From Octopus sinensis (lineage: Eukaryota), in contig NC_043011.1 of assembly GCF_006345805.1 (NCBI RefSeq), forward strand, positions 39,630,464 to 39,694,463: a DNA stretch of 64,000 nucleotides, in the 5' to 3' direction. The notes under the pieces are model-generated. The model ran no database searches and had not been told where the DNA came from. It worked only from the letters and a program-made list of their open reading frames with translations. How positions within the stretch are numbered: position 1 is the stretch's first letter; each line of letters starts with the position of its first letter. This document shows, one piece after another, positions 1-12,934 of the stretch. The translations under genes were made by a program, and so were the position numbers.

Positions 1-719
1 AATAATAAACCTCCCTCGGTATTCCGATATTCCTGCGAAATATATTATTGGCACCGTCATACTTCATTTCATATTTGACAGCAGTTAAACACCGTATTGA
101 TTTGGGCAATGGCATTTCTTAATTATTCCACCGAATATCTGTAAAGTATCAATTAATGATGAAATAAAAGCTATAATTTGCTGTCAATAAACAAGAAATG
201 ATTGCAATCACTGAAATATTTCCTTGGGGAATTGCTCTTTGGCATCCACTCTCTCCTATTTATTTTCATTTCTACTTAATTGTTCCCTCTAGCATGGTTT
301 CAAGCATACGCAGAGTCACACACACACATACTAAGAGAAATGCATACAATTGGAACTTGGGAAAGTTTCTTCTCTGTCACTTCATTGCTTGAACACATAC
401 ACATACACACACACACACACATATATACCCGCATATATATATATATAAATACAAATAGACATACACACACACTATATATATACACATGTACATACATACA
501 CATTTACATACATGCACATATATATATAGGGAGAATTCACAAAAAAACAAAAGATGAAGACAGGTGGTATACATAATAAACAGATGTATAATGCTCGGGA
601 AGTGAAAAAGTCTTTAATGTTTCGAGCCTACGCTCTTCCACAGAAAGGAATACAGAAAGAAACAAGGAGAAAAAATAAAGAATGTGTAGTGGCTAGCAAT
701 ATATATATATATATATATA

Positions 720-940
720 AATAAATGAAAGAATGGAGTCAAACGAAGATTTTACCAAAAATCTTCGTTCGACTCCATTCTTTCATTTATTCATATAAAA
801 AAAACACACAAATTCCCACACAAGAACACGGGGTTTCTGCCCTTGGCATGTAGCTTCAACCGTGTTTTCTGACGTGAATTGCTACCCAGGTATCGATTAA
901 CCGAATTATCCATACTAGGATAATTCATTCACCTACTTAA
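720..940 (+). mobile_element. Truncated copy of the Penelope-like repeat with an inverted 5' hairpin
   Basis: Hairpin 720-791, then sequence homologous to 10570-10730 and to the reverse complement of 24490-24670. Flanked by (TA)n. Confidence 0.55.
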
Positions 941-960
941 ATATATATATATATATATAT

Positions 961-1329
961 GGAAAATAAGACAAGGTAGAAAATGTTAAAATAATTTTAT
1001 CATGAAGAACATTTTAGTACTGGTTTCAGCCTTTGAGACTTTTTCAACTTAAAGTAAAGCATAAAAAATAATTAAATTGTGGAAAAATTAAATGCAATGT
1101 TTGCTCTTGAGCTATAAAGAGAGACATAGACAAACTGAAAAAAGGAAAATATACCTTGCATTTGAAAACTATGGAAATATTTTTTAAAAAGCATTTCATT
1201 TAATTTTTTTCCACAATTTAATTGTTTTTCATGCTTTACTCTAAGTTGAAAACGTCGCAAAAACTGAAACTGGTACTTAAATGTTCTTGATAAAATTATT
1301 TTAGCATTTTCTACCTTATCCTATTTTCC
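961..1329. repeat. Long imperfect palindrome (arms about 140 bp)
   Basis: ggaaaataagacaaggtagaaaatg... pairs with ...cattttctaccttatcctattttcc. Embedded in (TA)n. Confidence 0.85.
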
Positions 1330-1369
1330 TTATACATATCAACTTTTGTGTTCATTTTCAATCTTCTAC

Positions 1370-1442
<73 letters not shown>

Positions 1443-1505
1443 CTATGTACATATATATATATATGTATATATCTATGTACATACATACATATATATATAT
1501 CTATG

Positions 1506-1549
<44 letters not shown>

Positions 1550-1742
1550 GACATATATACAGCAATGTAACTACACACGTACCATTGGCGATTTCTTTTC
1601 CATCTTTGGACTTTTCCCTTTCTCCTTTCCAACAAAGAGCTATGCTCGAAACATCAAATGTCAAACACTCTCCTTTCACCAAGCATCAAAGTAATGTATT
1701 TCTTGTGCACGTCCTCACTGTATGTATGTATGCATAAATGTG

Positions 1743-1792
<50 letters not shown>

Positions 1793-3182
1793 CACACACA
1801 TGCACACACATACATACATATACACAGACACACACACTAAGATATGTTTATAAAAAAATATGTACATATCTAGATAGACAGATAGATGTCAACATATATA
1901 CATATTCATTGATATAAGTTTATATATTTACAATTCTTTAATATCATACACACATACTCCATTCACACCCCTTGTTAATCTCTATCTGTCTATCTATCTA
2001 TCTTTCTATCTATCTATCTATCTATGTCTTTTTTTTCTCTCTCATCATTATCAACATTATTTAATATCCATGTTTTGTACTGGTGTATGTTAGATGATTT
2101 GACAAAGATCCAACAAGCCCGAAGATAAGCATCATGCTGCAGTGTCTGTCTCAACGTGGTTTTTACAGCTGGATGCTCTTCCCAATGTCAATCACCTTAC
2201 ATTATGTACTGGGTGCTTTTTTTCATACCACCAGCATTAATGAGGTCAGCATAATGATTGCAAGAACCCAAGGGAGACAGCTTTATGCTAGATGTGTTTT
2301 TCTTTATTTGATAATTTGATTAGATCATGAAGAAAAGGAATTTTTCCATAATGTAATCATATTATTCATTAATAAGAAATGTGTCTGAAACAGCTGTAGT
2401 GCACTGTTAACCCTTTAGCATTCTTAATATATATATCTACTTCACTCACTTGACTGCTGTATTAGCGTCCTAAGGACATGGGACAAGTTGCTTCCAGGGG
2501 TTTACATACTGGGTTCAAACCTCAACTTTCATCTTTCACCATCATCATCATCATCGTTTAACGTCCGCTTTCCATGCTAGCACGGGTTGGACGATTTGAC
2601 TGAGGACTGGCAAACCAGATGGCTGCACCAGATTCCAATCTAATCTGGCAAAGTTTCTACAGCTGGGTGCCCTTCCTAACGCCAATCACTTTGAGTGTGT
2701 AGTGGGTGCTTTTTATGTGCTACCAGTATGAGAGCCATTCAGGTGGTACTGGCAATGACCACGCTTGAATGGTGCTTTTTACGTGTCACCGGCAAGGGAG
2801 CCAGTCAGGCAGCACTCTACGGTCAAAAATATAAAGGACTAGTTCACATATTGTAGGTTGATATAATCAGTTTTCTCCTCCACAAACATTTCTGATCTTT
2901 TGCCTATGCTAGAAATACTTAGAATCACCACCATCATCATCATCATCACCACCACCTTCATCATCACTTCCCCAGCACAGCTATGATTATCATTGTCATC
3001 ATCACCACCACTACCACCACCTTCATCATTACCTCCACAGTACAACCACCACTATAATCATCATTGTAATCACCATCACCATCACTACCACATTTCGTCC
3101 ATGAGGCTAAAGTCCTTTATGGATGTGAAACCAGTGGTTTCACTATGACTGCAAATATACTTAACTGCATATAAATATATAA

Positions 3183-3220
<38 letters not shown>

Positions 3221-3299
3221 TGTGTGTAAGTAAATTGACATAATATAATGTCTAAAAGTTGATGAATACCACCTATTGATCCTCTCCACTTTCTTATTG

Positions 3300-3336
<37 letters not shown>

Positions 3337-3545
3337 AGAGTTGCTGAAGCATGGAACAGACTGCCGGCATCAGTTGTTAGTTGTCGGAGCACTGCATCCT
3401 TCAAAACTTCCATGCTTCCTGAGATTCGCCAACACTACACCTGATTTTCTCCCCTCCATACACACACAAGCATGTATCTGACTCATGCACTGTTCGCTTT
3501 CCAGACATTTGTACATTACTGCATATACTTTATACACACTTTTTG
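3337..3545 (+). mobile_element. CR1/L2-like LINE 3' fragment
   Basis: Translates as RVAEAWNRLPASVVSCRSTASFKTSM..., a typical CR1-clade ORF2 C-terminus. Confidence 0.7.
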
Positions 3546-4681
3546 ATAATTATTATTTATATATATATATATATATATATACATATACACACATATTAAA
3601 CTTGTTATAACTACATTTCATATGTGTAATCTCTCAAATATTCATGCCTGTCCTTAAATTTCTAATTTTGGTCAGAAGTTTCATCAGTGACAAGGGTTCT
3701 ACATTTGTACTAAAACTTATTGCAGCCAGGTGCCTTTAAATACAAACACAATGACTAGCAAAGGAAATTCTTCATAAATGGCCACCAGAATCTAAACGGT
3801 TTCATTGCCTCACTCCAGGGAGGCAACGTTCTTATTTTGACACATCAAGCAAAACCAGACAATAAAGCGTCAGGAATATGTCACAACTAAACTTGAATAG
3901 ATTGCAATGTAGAAAATTAACATACATCATCTCTGCTGGGATAATGCGAGTCAACCAATCAAATGATAGGAAAATGTCACTGCTAGGCTTTTACTGACTG
4001 TGAAGCAGAAATTAACATACCATCCCTACTGGGACAACATTAGCAGTTTATTTGTAAAATATTGTCATTTTCCCGGCAAAAGCAGTCTAAAGCAATAGAT
4101 ATCATAATGCAACACATCTAAATTTGATTTTAGAACTAATCCTGGTGTGTCAGGGAAGCGGGGTTTTTTGGAGGGGTTTTTTTTCCATAGAGTTTCTGCT
4201 TTTTTTGTTGAGTTCTTGACATGACTTCATTTCCAATGAGAATTTCTCATCATAATAATAATACGAAATAGATTTCTTCTGAGACAACCAAAATGTTGCA
4301 AGTATAACCAATGTTATGATGGTCTAACTGAATGATGGTCTCTCTCTCTCTCTCTCAGACAAAAGAGAATAGAAATTTTTATAGAAGACGGATGGTTGAG
4401 TAGTAACGTTATTAGGTATTGGATTCAAATCTCCACCATGTGTTTTGCAGTGTGGCAACCGGCATCTCAAAGAATGGACCCGTTTCCTATGTGCGTTGCA
4501 ATGAGTGACTAAAAGAGGTTGATGAAGGATTTCCACTCCACCCTTGCAAAGACTACCCAAGCAGAACCATGGGTTGGAGGATTTACACCTGAGTGGTGCA
4601 AAGATATCATCCACCAGGAGTAGCAGGGTATCACCAACAAATGGTGGATGCAACAACATACCTCTACAGTGCATGACACCA

Positions 4682-4698
4682 TACTACTACTACTACTG

Positions 4699-4761
<63 letters not shown>

Positions 4762-4845
4762 CCCCTCCTCCTCCTGCTACTACTGCTACTGCTACTACTA
4801 CTACTACTACTACTACTATTACTACTACTACTGCCACTACTACAC
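4682..4845. repeat. Compound (TAC)n/(TGC)n trinucleotide microsatellite
   Basis: Directly visible; explains the poly-L, poly-Y and poly-V ORFs. Confidence 0.95.
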
Positions 4846-5699
4846 TCAATTCAACATGACTCCATCCAGTTACTGATGAGGATTTTAGAACTAATTCTGA
4901 TATGTTAAGGAAGGGGTGGGGTGGGGTGGGGGTTCCATTTTTTTGGAGTTGCTGATTTCTTTAGTTGACTTCCCAGCCTGACTTCATTTCCAAAGAGAAT
5001 TTCTAGTTGTAATAATAATGCAAAACACAAGTTATCTGGAAGAATTTTGCCAGAGAGGCATTTTTCACTCACCTGCTTCATCGCAATATACTAGAGCTTA
5101 AGAACCAGCCCCTATCCCTTTAGCATTTAAACAAGCGATAACCCGCACAAATATTCCACCAGTTGTATGATCAAAGTGGCAAGATCTGGCTTCTCACATC
5201 TGCCCAAGAAAGTCATTCTTAAAAGAGAGCAATCACATCTCTGAAATCTCAAAGCTAAGAGAAAACATATGACCAATTCAAAACAATATGAATAAATAAG
5301 GATTACACTTGACAGGATAATCTGAATGTTAAAGGGTTAATCTTATTCCTATCAATCTTAAGCATGAAAGAGAACTCAGATTTGTCCCTAAATTCTGTAC
5401 ACAAGAACCTCCAAATAAAGAAGAAATTGAAAACTACTTAATTATTTGGAATTGACAACTTTTGAATCTACTATCACTGTTGGTTTCAGATTTTTGGCCC
5501 AAGACCAGCGATTTCAGGGATGTAGGGTAAGTTGATTATCTGTATAAGGAACCCTCGTATATAAGGAACCACCTAATTTTGGGGGTTTAAAATTTGTAAA
5601 AAAGGTTTTGTAAGGGATTATAATATTATCAATGTATAAGAAACTCCCATATATTTTTAACCTAGTTTTTGACAAAAAAGGGTTCCTTATACACGTTAA

Positions 5700-5920
5700 C
5701 CCTTTAGCATTCAAACCGGCCATATCTGGCCAAAAGTATTCTGCCTGTTTTATGTTCAAACTGGCCAGATCTGGTCTCTCACACCAACCCTACAATATTG
5801 TTTTAAAAATTAACAGTTACCTCATTAGAATCTCATAGCTACAAGATAATGCATGATTAGTTCAAGACAATGTGGATAAAAAAGAATTAATTTTGGTAGA
5901 ATAATGTGAACACTAAAGGG
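5700..5920. mobile_element. piggyBac-type MITE (TTAA|CCCTTTAG...CTAAAGGG)
   Basis: CCC/GGG termini and a TTAA site. Related copies at about 5116-5336 and 57046-57211, the latter with TTAA on both sides. Confidence 0.65.
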
Positions 5921-6856
5921 TAAAAATACAGTACATTGACTCCAGTCCTCAAATGGTACTTATTTCATTGACTTCCAAAAGAATGACAGGCAAAGCCAGT
6001 CTTGGTAGAATCTGAAGTCAGAATGTAAAGATGGACAAAATGCTACAATAGCAATTTTTCCTGATTGCCACTTTATCTACAACCACTGTTACATTACAAC
6101 TAGGGTAGTGGATTGGTGTAATAATTATAAGTTCAGTACAAAAACTACTCTGCAGAATTTGTTCTGACACTTAACATTCCAAGTTCAAACTCCATTGTGT
6201 TCAAATTTGCCTTTCATCCTTTCATCATCATCACCATCACTACCTGCCTGGTCATTATTGTCCTGAGTCATAGGATCCATAGGGCTCGCTGCCCGTTTTC
6301 AATGGTGTACAGGTAACCAATATCACAACAGGATGTCATTTCATGGCAAGGTTGCTTCATTTACAGCTGAGTTCACTGTAACAATGTGAAATGAAGTGTT
6401 TCGCTCTCAAGAACACAACACAGTACCTGGTCCAGGGATTGAAACTAGAATCTTGTGATCGTGAGTGCAACAGCCTAACCACTAGGTATGGTACATCCCT
6501 TGGTGATGGTAGCAGTGGTGGGGCAGTAAAATGAAGAACCAGCTTAGTACTGGGGACAATGTAGGCCTTGTACCAAAATCAGATTACCACAACAGATAGA
6601 GAACAGCATCTCCTCATTTGAGACATCAATTATCTCTTTTTATTTGAGATTAATCATTTTCAACTGACTTTAAGACATCCTCTGGTTACATTCAATCATA
6701 TTCCCAAAACTAGCAATCTCTTATCAGATGTAAAGAATCTACCCCTTTGTCTTTTCTCCTCAGGTGTGTTCTGTTGCTATGGACATCATGGTTGAAAACT
6801 TCGAAAAGTACTATATTTGATGCACAGGCACATTAAATGCATCCCCATTCCAGCAG

Positions 6857-7197
6857 TATAGGTGATCTATCTTTATTCTGTACAGGTGATCTATCTTTAT
6901 TCTGTGCAGGTGATCTATCTTTATTCTGTACAGATCTATCTTTATTCTGTACAGGTGATCTATCTTTATTCTGTGCAGGTGATCTATCTTTATTCTGTAC
7001 AGATCTATCTTTATTCTGTAAGGTGATCTATCTTTATTCTCTACAGGTGGTCTATCTTTATTGTGTGCAGGTGATCTATCTTTATTCTGTACAGGTGATC
7101 TATCTTTATTCTCTACGTGTGATCTATCTTTATTCTGTACAGATCTATCTTTATTCTGTACAGGTGATCTATCTTTATTTTGTACAGGTGATCTATC
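6857..7197. repeat. Minisatellite, 24/21-bp unit (tacaggtgatctatctttattctg), about 14 copies
   Basis: Directly visible tandem array with a 3-bp-shorter variant interspersed; no unique spacers. Confidence 0.95.
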
Positions 7198-7684
7198 AGA
7201 AGACAAGGAAAGAAAGATGTACTCAACGCCCTTAAAAAACAGCTACAATAAAGACAAACCAAATAACTTTTTAAATTGTGTGCAGGGCAGGAGTGGGTTG
7301 GAGGTCCATACTCGTTAACACCTGAAGCATGACAGATGAATAAGAAGAAAGATATCTTTTTTCCTATCAGAAAGATTAACTGTTTCCTATCAGTAGCACT
7401 GCGGTGTTTCCTTGGCAAATATATTCAACATTTTTTGACTAATTTACCAAACTGTCAATAGGTCCAACAAGATGGTACGCCTCATTTCTGGAGTAAACAA
7501 GGAATATTCAAATCTCTACAGCATGTTATTCATATATTAGGAGGATATATTTTCTTAATAAGGATAATGATAAAAACTTTGTACTGTTGAAGAAGACTGA
7601 ATTATTATGAGTGCCCTCATTGTAAGATATTTCCAAGATCCCAAGTATGTTTGTAGGTTGTGGAAAGAAGAGTGAGAGAAGCAT

Positions 7685-7910
7685 TAATATTCATCAACCA
7701 AGAGAAGGTGGAAGTTTCACTGAAGGAATTCTTCATCTCAAAGGACAAGAACTGGTATCAACATGGGATTAAAGAACAGGCAGAAAGGTGGATTCCAAGA
7801 GTGCAACACAATGGCCTCTACTTTGAATGTTAGGCTGCTTTTGTTGTAACTTCATAAATAAAGAAAATAAGTTACCCAAATATTGCAGAATTTTTGACTC
7901 AATGCAATAA
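7685..7910 (+). mobile_element. Mariner transposase C-terminal remnant and probable right end
   Basis: EKVEVSLKEFFISKDKNWYQHGIKEQAERWIPRVQHNGLYFEC* (stop at 7831-7833) fits the mariner C-terminal GI..L..RW......G.YF pattern. Confidence 0.8.
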
Positions 7911-7930
7911 TAATAATAATAATAATAATA

Positions 7931-8281
7931 GTCAAGACAAAGAGTGCAGTTCGATTGTAAAAGGTATTTTATTGGTTGAACGATATTTCAACAGTAAGCC
8001 TGTCTTTGTCGAGTTCAAAATAAGAAGTGATAAAAATTCAAAATTATGGAAATTTAAATTTAAAGTATGAAAAAGAGCAACCAGCATCCACACATTAATG
8101 GAATGACATCATTATTCCATCAATGTGTGGTTACTCTCATTCATACTTTAAATTTAAATTTCTATAATTTTGAATTTATATTACTTCTTATTTTGAACTC
8201 GACAAAGAAAGCTTACTGTTGAAATATCGTTCAACCAATAAAATATCTATTTTTCAATCGAATTGCGCTCTTCGTCATGAC
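7931..8281. repeat. Near-perfect palindrome of about 350 bp
   Basis: tattggttgaacgatatttcaacagtaagc... mirrors ...gcttactgttgaaatatcgttcaaccaata. Flanked by (AAT)n. Confidence 0.88.
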
Positions 8282-8374
8282 AGTTTATCTTTATGAAAAG
8301 TTACATCAATCCATTTAAAATATAATAACAGTAATGATAATCATAATAATAATAATAATAATAATAACAATGAG

Positions 8375-8890
8375 CTTATAGTAACTGTGTTCGGGTGTAC
8401 TGCAACTTATAAGAAACGGTTAAAAAACGGGAAGAGAAAACAGACCTTTAAGTCAAGTAAAGATAGACAGCAATGAAAGCTAGAAGTACACAGGATATTA
8501 TACAAAAAGATAGAAAAATGAACAATAAAATAGTCATAAAATGGAAAGGGTGCATAAACATATCAGCGGGGAGTGTTGGCAAATTTTGAGAAGCATGGAA
8601 TTTTGAAGGATGCAATGTCTGTACAGTGAGCATCTGACATGGTTGGTTTATTCCATGCTTCAACAACTCTGAGCATGAAAAAATGTTCTTGAAAGCGATG
8701 GGTGCTGTGCTGCTTTTGGTTTTATAAGAATGTCTACAAGTGGTAGAGGTACTGAATTCAAAAAGGTGGCCAAAACTGTTAATGCAAAGATGGTCGTTAA
8801 AGTTGTGAACTTAAAACTTCTGATGAGAAATGAATAGAGTTCACTGGTATACCAGTTCACAGGTATACCAGTCCTTATACAGTAAAAGAT
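8375..8890 (-). mobile_element. CR1/L2-like LINE 3' fragment
   Basis: Minus strand gives HFFMLRVVEAWNK...DIASFK; homologous to 3337-3545 and ends at an (ATT)n tail. Confidence 0.65.
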
Positions 8891-10482
8891 CAAATGTTTT
8901 TACATCAAAGGAAATTGCATCGGAAATAATAGTGCTTTCACATGGATCTCAAGAGCAACAGCTCATTGTTCTTTGGCATTAGACGGCAGCGTCTAGTTCA
9001 CCACTGATCAAAGGGACCTTTGATTACAGGAATTCCATCTATGACCACTCTATCATTTAAGGGGACAGAGAACTTCAGTACCTACTGTACATTGATACAT
9101 TAGATACTGAAGTTCTACATGCCCTTGGGGAGGGAATCTAGGCTGCAATTTATGGCAGATCAAACCACCACATGAAAGGCTCCCTTTGTGGTTCATAAAG
9201 GTGCAAGTCTCCAGCAAATGTTACCCTAAAGAAATCAGAATCATGTGATATCAGATGTTAGAAGGGTCGTAGAGTGCACCCTTCTTACAGAAGAGATGAT
9301 TCACAAAAACATTGACTGAGGTATATCCTTGGAGATAGTGAAAGAGTTTGGCCAAGACAGAGCCTATCATTGTAGCACACACTTTGTGGCTTATGGAAGG
9401 ACAAAAGTCAAGAATGAATGCCTTAACACAATGTAAAACCCACAGAAAATTTCATGCTGAGTAAAAGTTGTATAACAATGGTTCTCAACTATCTTTTGTC
9501 TAGGGACTCATTTTTTTGTCCCTTTTACTTGGGTGGACCTTTATAGCCATTTAGTGTTTTTAAAAAATCCTACATTTTTCATACCTAAATATTATTAGAA
9601 ATTGTATAAAATAATTATTAAAATATTTTGTGTATTGCAGTAGTATAACCAATTTACTGCAGATGAATTTTAACAACAAAATCTTAAATGGACCCCCAAG
9701 AGCCATATGGATGCCAGTTCAGAATCACTGTTGAATATGAACAAAACAGCAGAGTGTTTTGTTGGAAAGTTAGAAATAAATCAAGCAATTAATGTAGTGG
9801 CTTAATCAACTAGTGTACAAGAGCAAATAGAACTATCCTAGTTGTAGAAAGTCGGTGGGTTCGGAGTGATATATGAAGTCAGAAGAGATTTTTTTTTGTC
9901 AGGGGGAACATGTTGTCATGCAAGTAGTGTGGTGGTAGATAAACGCAGACTAGTGGTACTGCGTGGGTTCCTTGTTCCAAATTTTCTAAGCAGTTTATTT
10001 TATTCTGCAGCTGCACACAAGCTGGCAAAACTGAGAAGCAGGAAGATAAAAAAAATATGATAGAAGATTTTAAAAAATACAGCAAAACTGAGAAACAGAA
10101 AGATAAAAAAAGATAGAGACTCTAAACAAACTACTTTCCAGTCATTTGCAGAGCTGGAAGTAAATGCTTTCAAGTCATAAATAAATAACTGAAGTTGAAA
10201 ACTGATATATTAAAAAATATTTGAAAGCTAATACGTGTAGGGCAAAAAAAAAGAAAATTGACAGAAACCTTAACTCGTATTAATAAAGTAAAGAGTTGCT
10301 TCCCTTAGACAGAGTTGTTTTTCATGTAGAAAAATTAATTCTCAATTTTAGATATATTTGAGTAAAAACATATACAAATATACATTTATATATGCATGTA
10401 TGTGCAAATATTATATCTGTATATACATACACATACCACACACATACACACACTCTCTCTCTCTGTATATATATATATATAT

Positions 10483-10730
10483 AAGTATATGAAAGAATGG
10501 AGTTGAACGACTAGTTAACAAATATCCTTTATTCTCTAGTCGTTCAACTCCATTCTTTCATATACTTATAATTTTAAAATAAACATACAAATTTCCGCAC
10601 GAAGACACGTAGTCTATGCCCTAGGGACGTAGCTTCAACCGTGTTCTTTCTGATGTGAATTTGCTACCCAGGTATCGGTTATCTTCCGAATTATCCTTAA
10701 TAAGATAATTCATTCAACTACTCAAATATA
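10483..10730 (+). mobile_element. Truncated copy of the Penelope-like repeat with an inverted 5' hairpin
   Basis: Hairpin gaaagaatggagttgaacgactag...ctagtcgttcaactccattctttc, followed by the same body as 790-940. (TA)n on both sides. Confidence 0.55.
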
Positions 10731-10739
10731 TATATATAT

Positions 10740-10817
10740 ATGGCTTCCGTTCAGCTCTTTCTCTCAATAAACTGGTTATAACTTCGTTTCATTCAGAAAG
10801 AGCTGAACGGAAGCCAT
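10740..10817. mobile_element. Tiny hairpin/MITE with 23-bp perfect arms
   Basis: atggcttccgttcagctctttct ... agaaagagctgaacggaagccat. Confidence 0.65.
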
Positions 10818-11734
10818 CTCCGAAAGATTGGCGAACAAATACATCATGCTTTACCTCTCTGATCTGGCAGGAACAAGGACAAGGGGAAAATTAATGGGGA
10901 TTTGTTCTCGGCACTCGTCTTTGGTTTTTCCTTTCCAAAACATTGACGAAACGTTCCTACACATGTGTTCCCCACCCATGACTTTGTTGTCTTATAACTT
11001 CCAGAAAAATGGATAGTTTTTTTAGTTTTTAATGAAATTTTCTACAAATACGCTTCAGATGATATAGATTCTGATCATTTCGGAACATGTGGTAAAATAA
11101 ATTTCTCCAAGGTTGGGGTAAGGAGTTTCGGAAAATTCACACGAGTCGGTTTTGTTGCCATATAACTTTCAGAAAAATGGTTAATTTTTTAATGAAATTA
11201 CTTATAAATACATCTCAGAGTAAGTAGAATACGATTATGTCGGAATTTAATATGGCAAAACAAATATTGTGGACTCGTGCACGAGCATACTGACATATTC
11301 CACATATCCACAAAATGAAACTTGAAATTTCATTAAAAAAAATTGTGACGTGTGTCAATATATGTGTATGTATGCTCACTGCTTTGCTTTTCACAATAAA
11401 TACAGATATATTCGTAATTTACACACTCCGAAAAGCATTAGTAGAAAATTTCATTAAAAAATACTCATTTCTCTGAAAGTTATGAGGAAACAAAGTCAAC
11501 ACTGGAAGTTTTCCGAAACTCCTCTTCCCACCCACAACAAATTCCGATGTAATAGAAATCTACACCATCAGAAAAGTATTTTTAGATTTCATTTTTAAAA
11601 ATACCAATATTCTGACAGTTATGAAGAAACAAAGTCTTTCTGCTTTCCTTAAGGTCCGAACCGAACCAGATCCTAAGTAACTTAACTGGTACTTTGACCT
11701 GAGATTTCGACAACGATGACCAAAGACAAGGAAT

Positions 11735-11880
11735 TGTCTCTCTAGGTGCCGGGATGCTGGCCTTCCGATATATCAGGGTTAATTACTGCTCTGACCCTAC
11801 TTCGTAATCCTTTAAAATGATGCCGACCACCTCAATCTCCGTGTTTTCCGGCACCATATGGTGATGTCGTCTGCATTTAT
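11735..11880 (-). mobile_element. Degenerate L1/Tx1-type reverse transcriptase fragment
   Basis: Across frameshifts it reads ADDITI...LKDYEVGS...INPDISEG, resembling the YADD...Y...SG..IN..KS block. Confidence 0.45.
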
Positions 11881-11986
11881 TCAAAGTAATTCTCTCTCTC
11901 TCTCTCTCTCTTTCTTTCCCTCTCTCTCTCTCCTTCCCTCTCTCCCTCTCCCAGTTTCTGCAATAGTGCGTAGCGAGGCTCTACAT

Positions 11987-12445
11987 CAGTGATTCACAAC
12001 CATTTTTTTCTTTTCAATTTGTGAACCCCTTTGACTACCATTTTATTCCAGTGGACCCCTATAATCATTTATGTTTAAAAACTAGTTTTAAAGGCGCTTC
12101 TTTCAAAATTCCTATTTTACTTTTCACACATTAACTGCTGTACGTTGAACTAAGTAAAGAGAGAGAGAGAGGGAAAGAGAAAGAGCATTTCTTTATTCAC
12201 CATAAGGTTGAGAAAAAGAGGGGACAAAACAAACGTTGGGGTCAGGGTATCGAATGAGACGAAACATATGAATAAAGAGAGAGAGAGAGAGAGAGAGAAA
12301 GTAACCTAGCTGATTCTTGCAATAAATACATCGAAAGGAAAATTTAATTCATGAACCCTTAAAATACTGTTGTGGACCCAATTTACTATTTTGACTGTGT
12401 GGACCCCACAAAAATGCTATTCGGATCCCGGTTGAGAAACACAGC
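11987..12445. mobile_element. hAT-like MITE
   Basis: Ends cagtgattcacaacc and ggttgagaaacacag. Related elements at 9477-9730 and 46992-47759, the latter with nested SINEs. Confidence 0.55.
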
Positions 12446-12520
12446 TCTGTATTTCATTTGAGTAAAATGTGTACATTCTACACCTATATGAAGTTTTTCT
12501 TGCTTCTCTTCGTCAAGTGG

Positions 12521-12934
12521 GATCTTTTCGGTTTGAACGGCAGTTTTTAACATAATTTTCTAGGTAACTAAAAAATGTTAAACTTCGTATACTGGTAGAA
12601 TGTGTTTATAAAACATCTTTTTCTCTTGGCTTTATTGAGAAAATTCTATGGTTTGTAAGATATTCGTTGGTTTTTTTTCTTCTTCAATTTCTGTAATTTC
12701 AACCAATCAATGACGTCTGTTGAGGTAAATAACATTCTGTACCGTATGAATATGTCCCTCGTTTAAGAAACAGATTGGGTTTATTTACATTTGTGAAGAA
12801 AAAAAGATACCCTTCCCCCCACTCCTAACCCTAAAACAGATTGAAATGCAATAGATCGATACTAGGGTCATAATTATGGGTGACAATTTCATATGACACC
12901 GCTAGAAAAAAATGCCGTTCAAACCGAAAAGATC
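12521..12934. mobile_element. MITE with 22-bp terminal inverted repeats
   Basis: gatcttttcggtttgaacggca ... tgccgttcaaaccgaaaagatc is a perfect inverted pair. No target-site duplication seen. Confidence 0.75.

Noticed and set aside
1-139. Minus-strand segment after a tttacag acceptor as CFAP221 exon 2
   Set aside because: All three frames from the acceptor hit stops and there is no HFGG-like motif; an ATG-started frame runs off the window edge and cannot be assessed.
4544-4908. Poly-Leu, poly-Tyr/Cys and poly-Val ORFs
   Set aside because: Produced by a trinucleotide repeat, with no splice or homology support.
6811-7318. CRISPR-like array or repeat-protein ORFs
   Set aside because: Units are contiguous with no unique spacers, the context is eukaryotic and there are no cas genes; the ORFs arise from a stop-free minisatellite.
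9879-10030. Minus-strand open frame after a duplicated ttctcag acceptor
   Set aside because: Phase-compatible with the CFAP221-like exon but shows no similarity to the expected sequence and ends in a stop; possibly cryptic.
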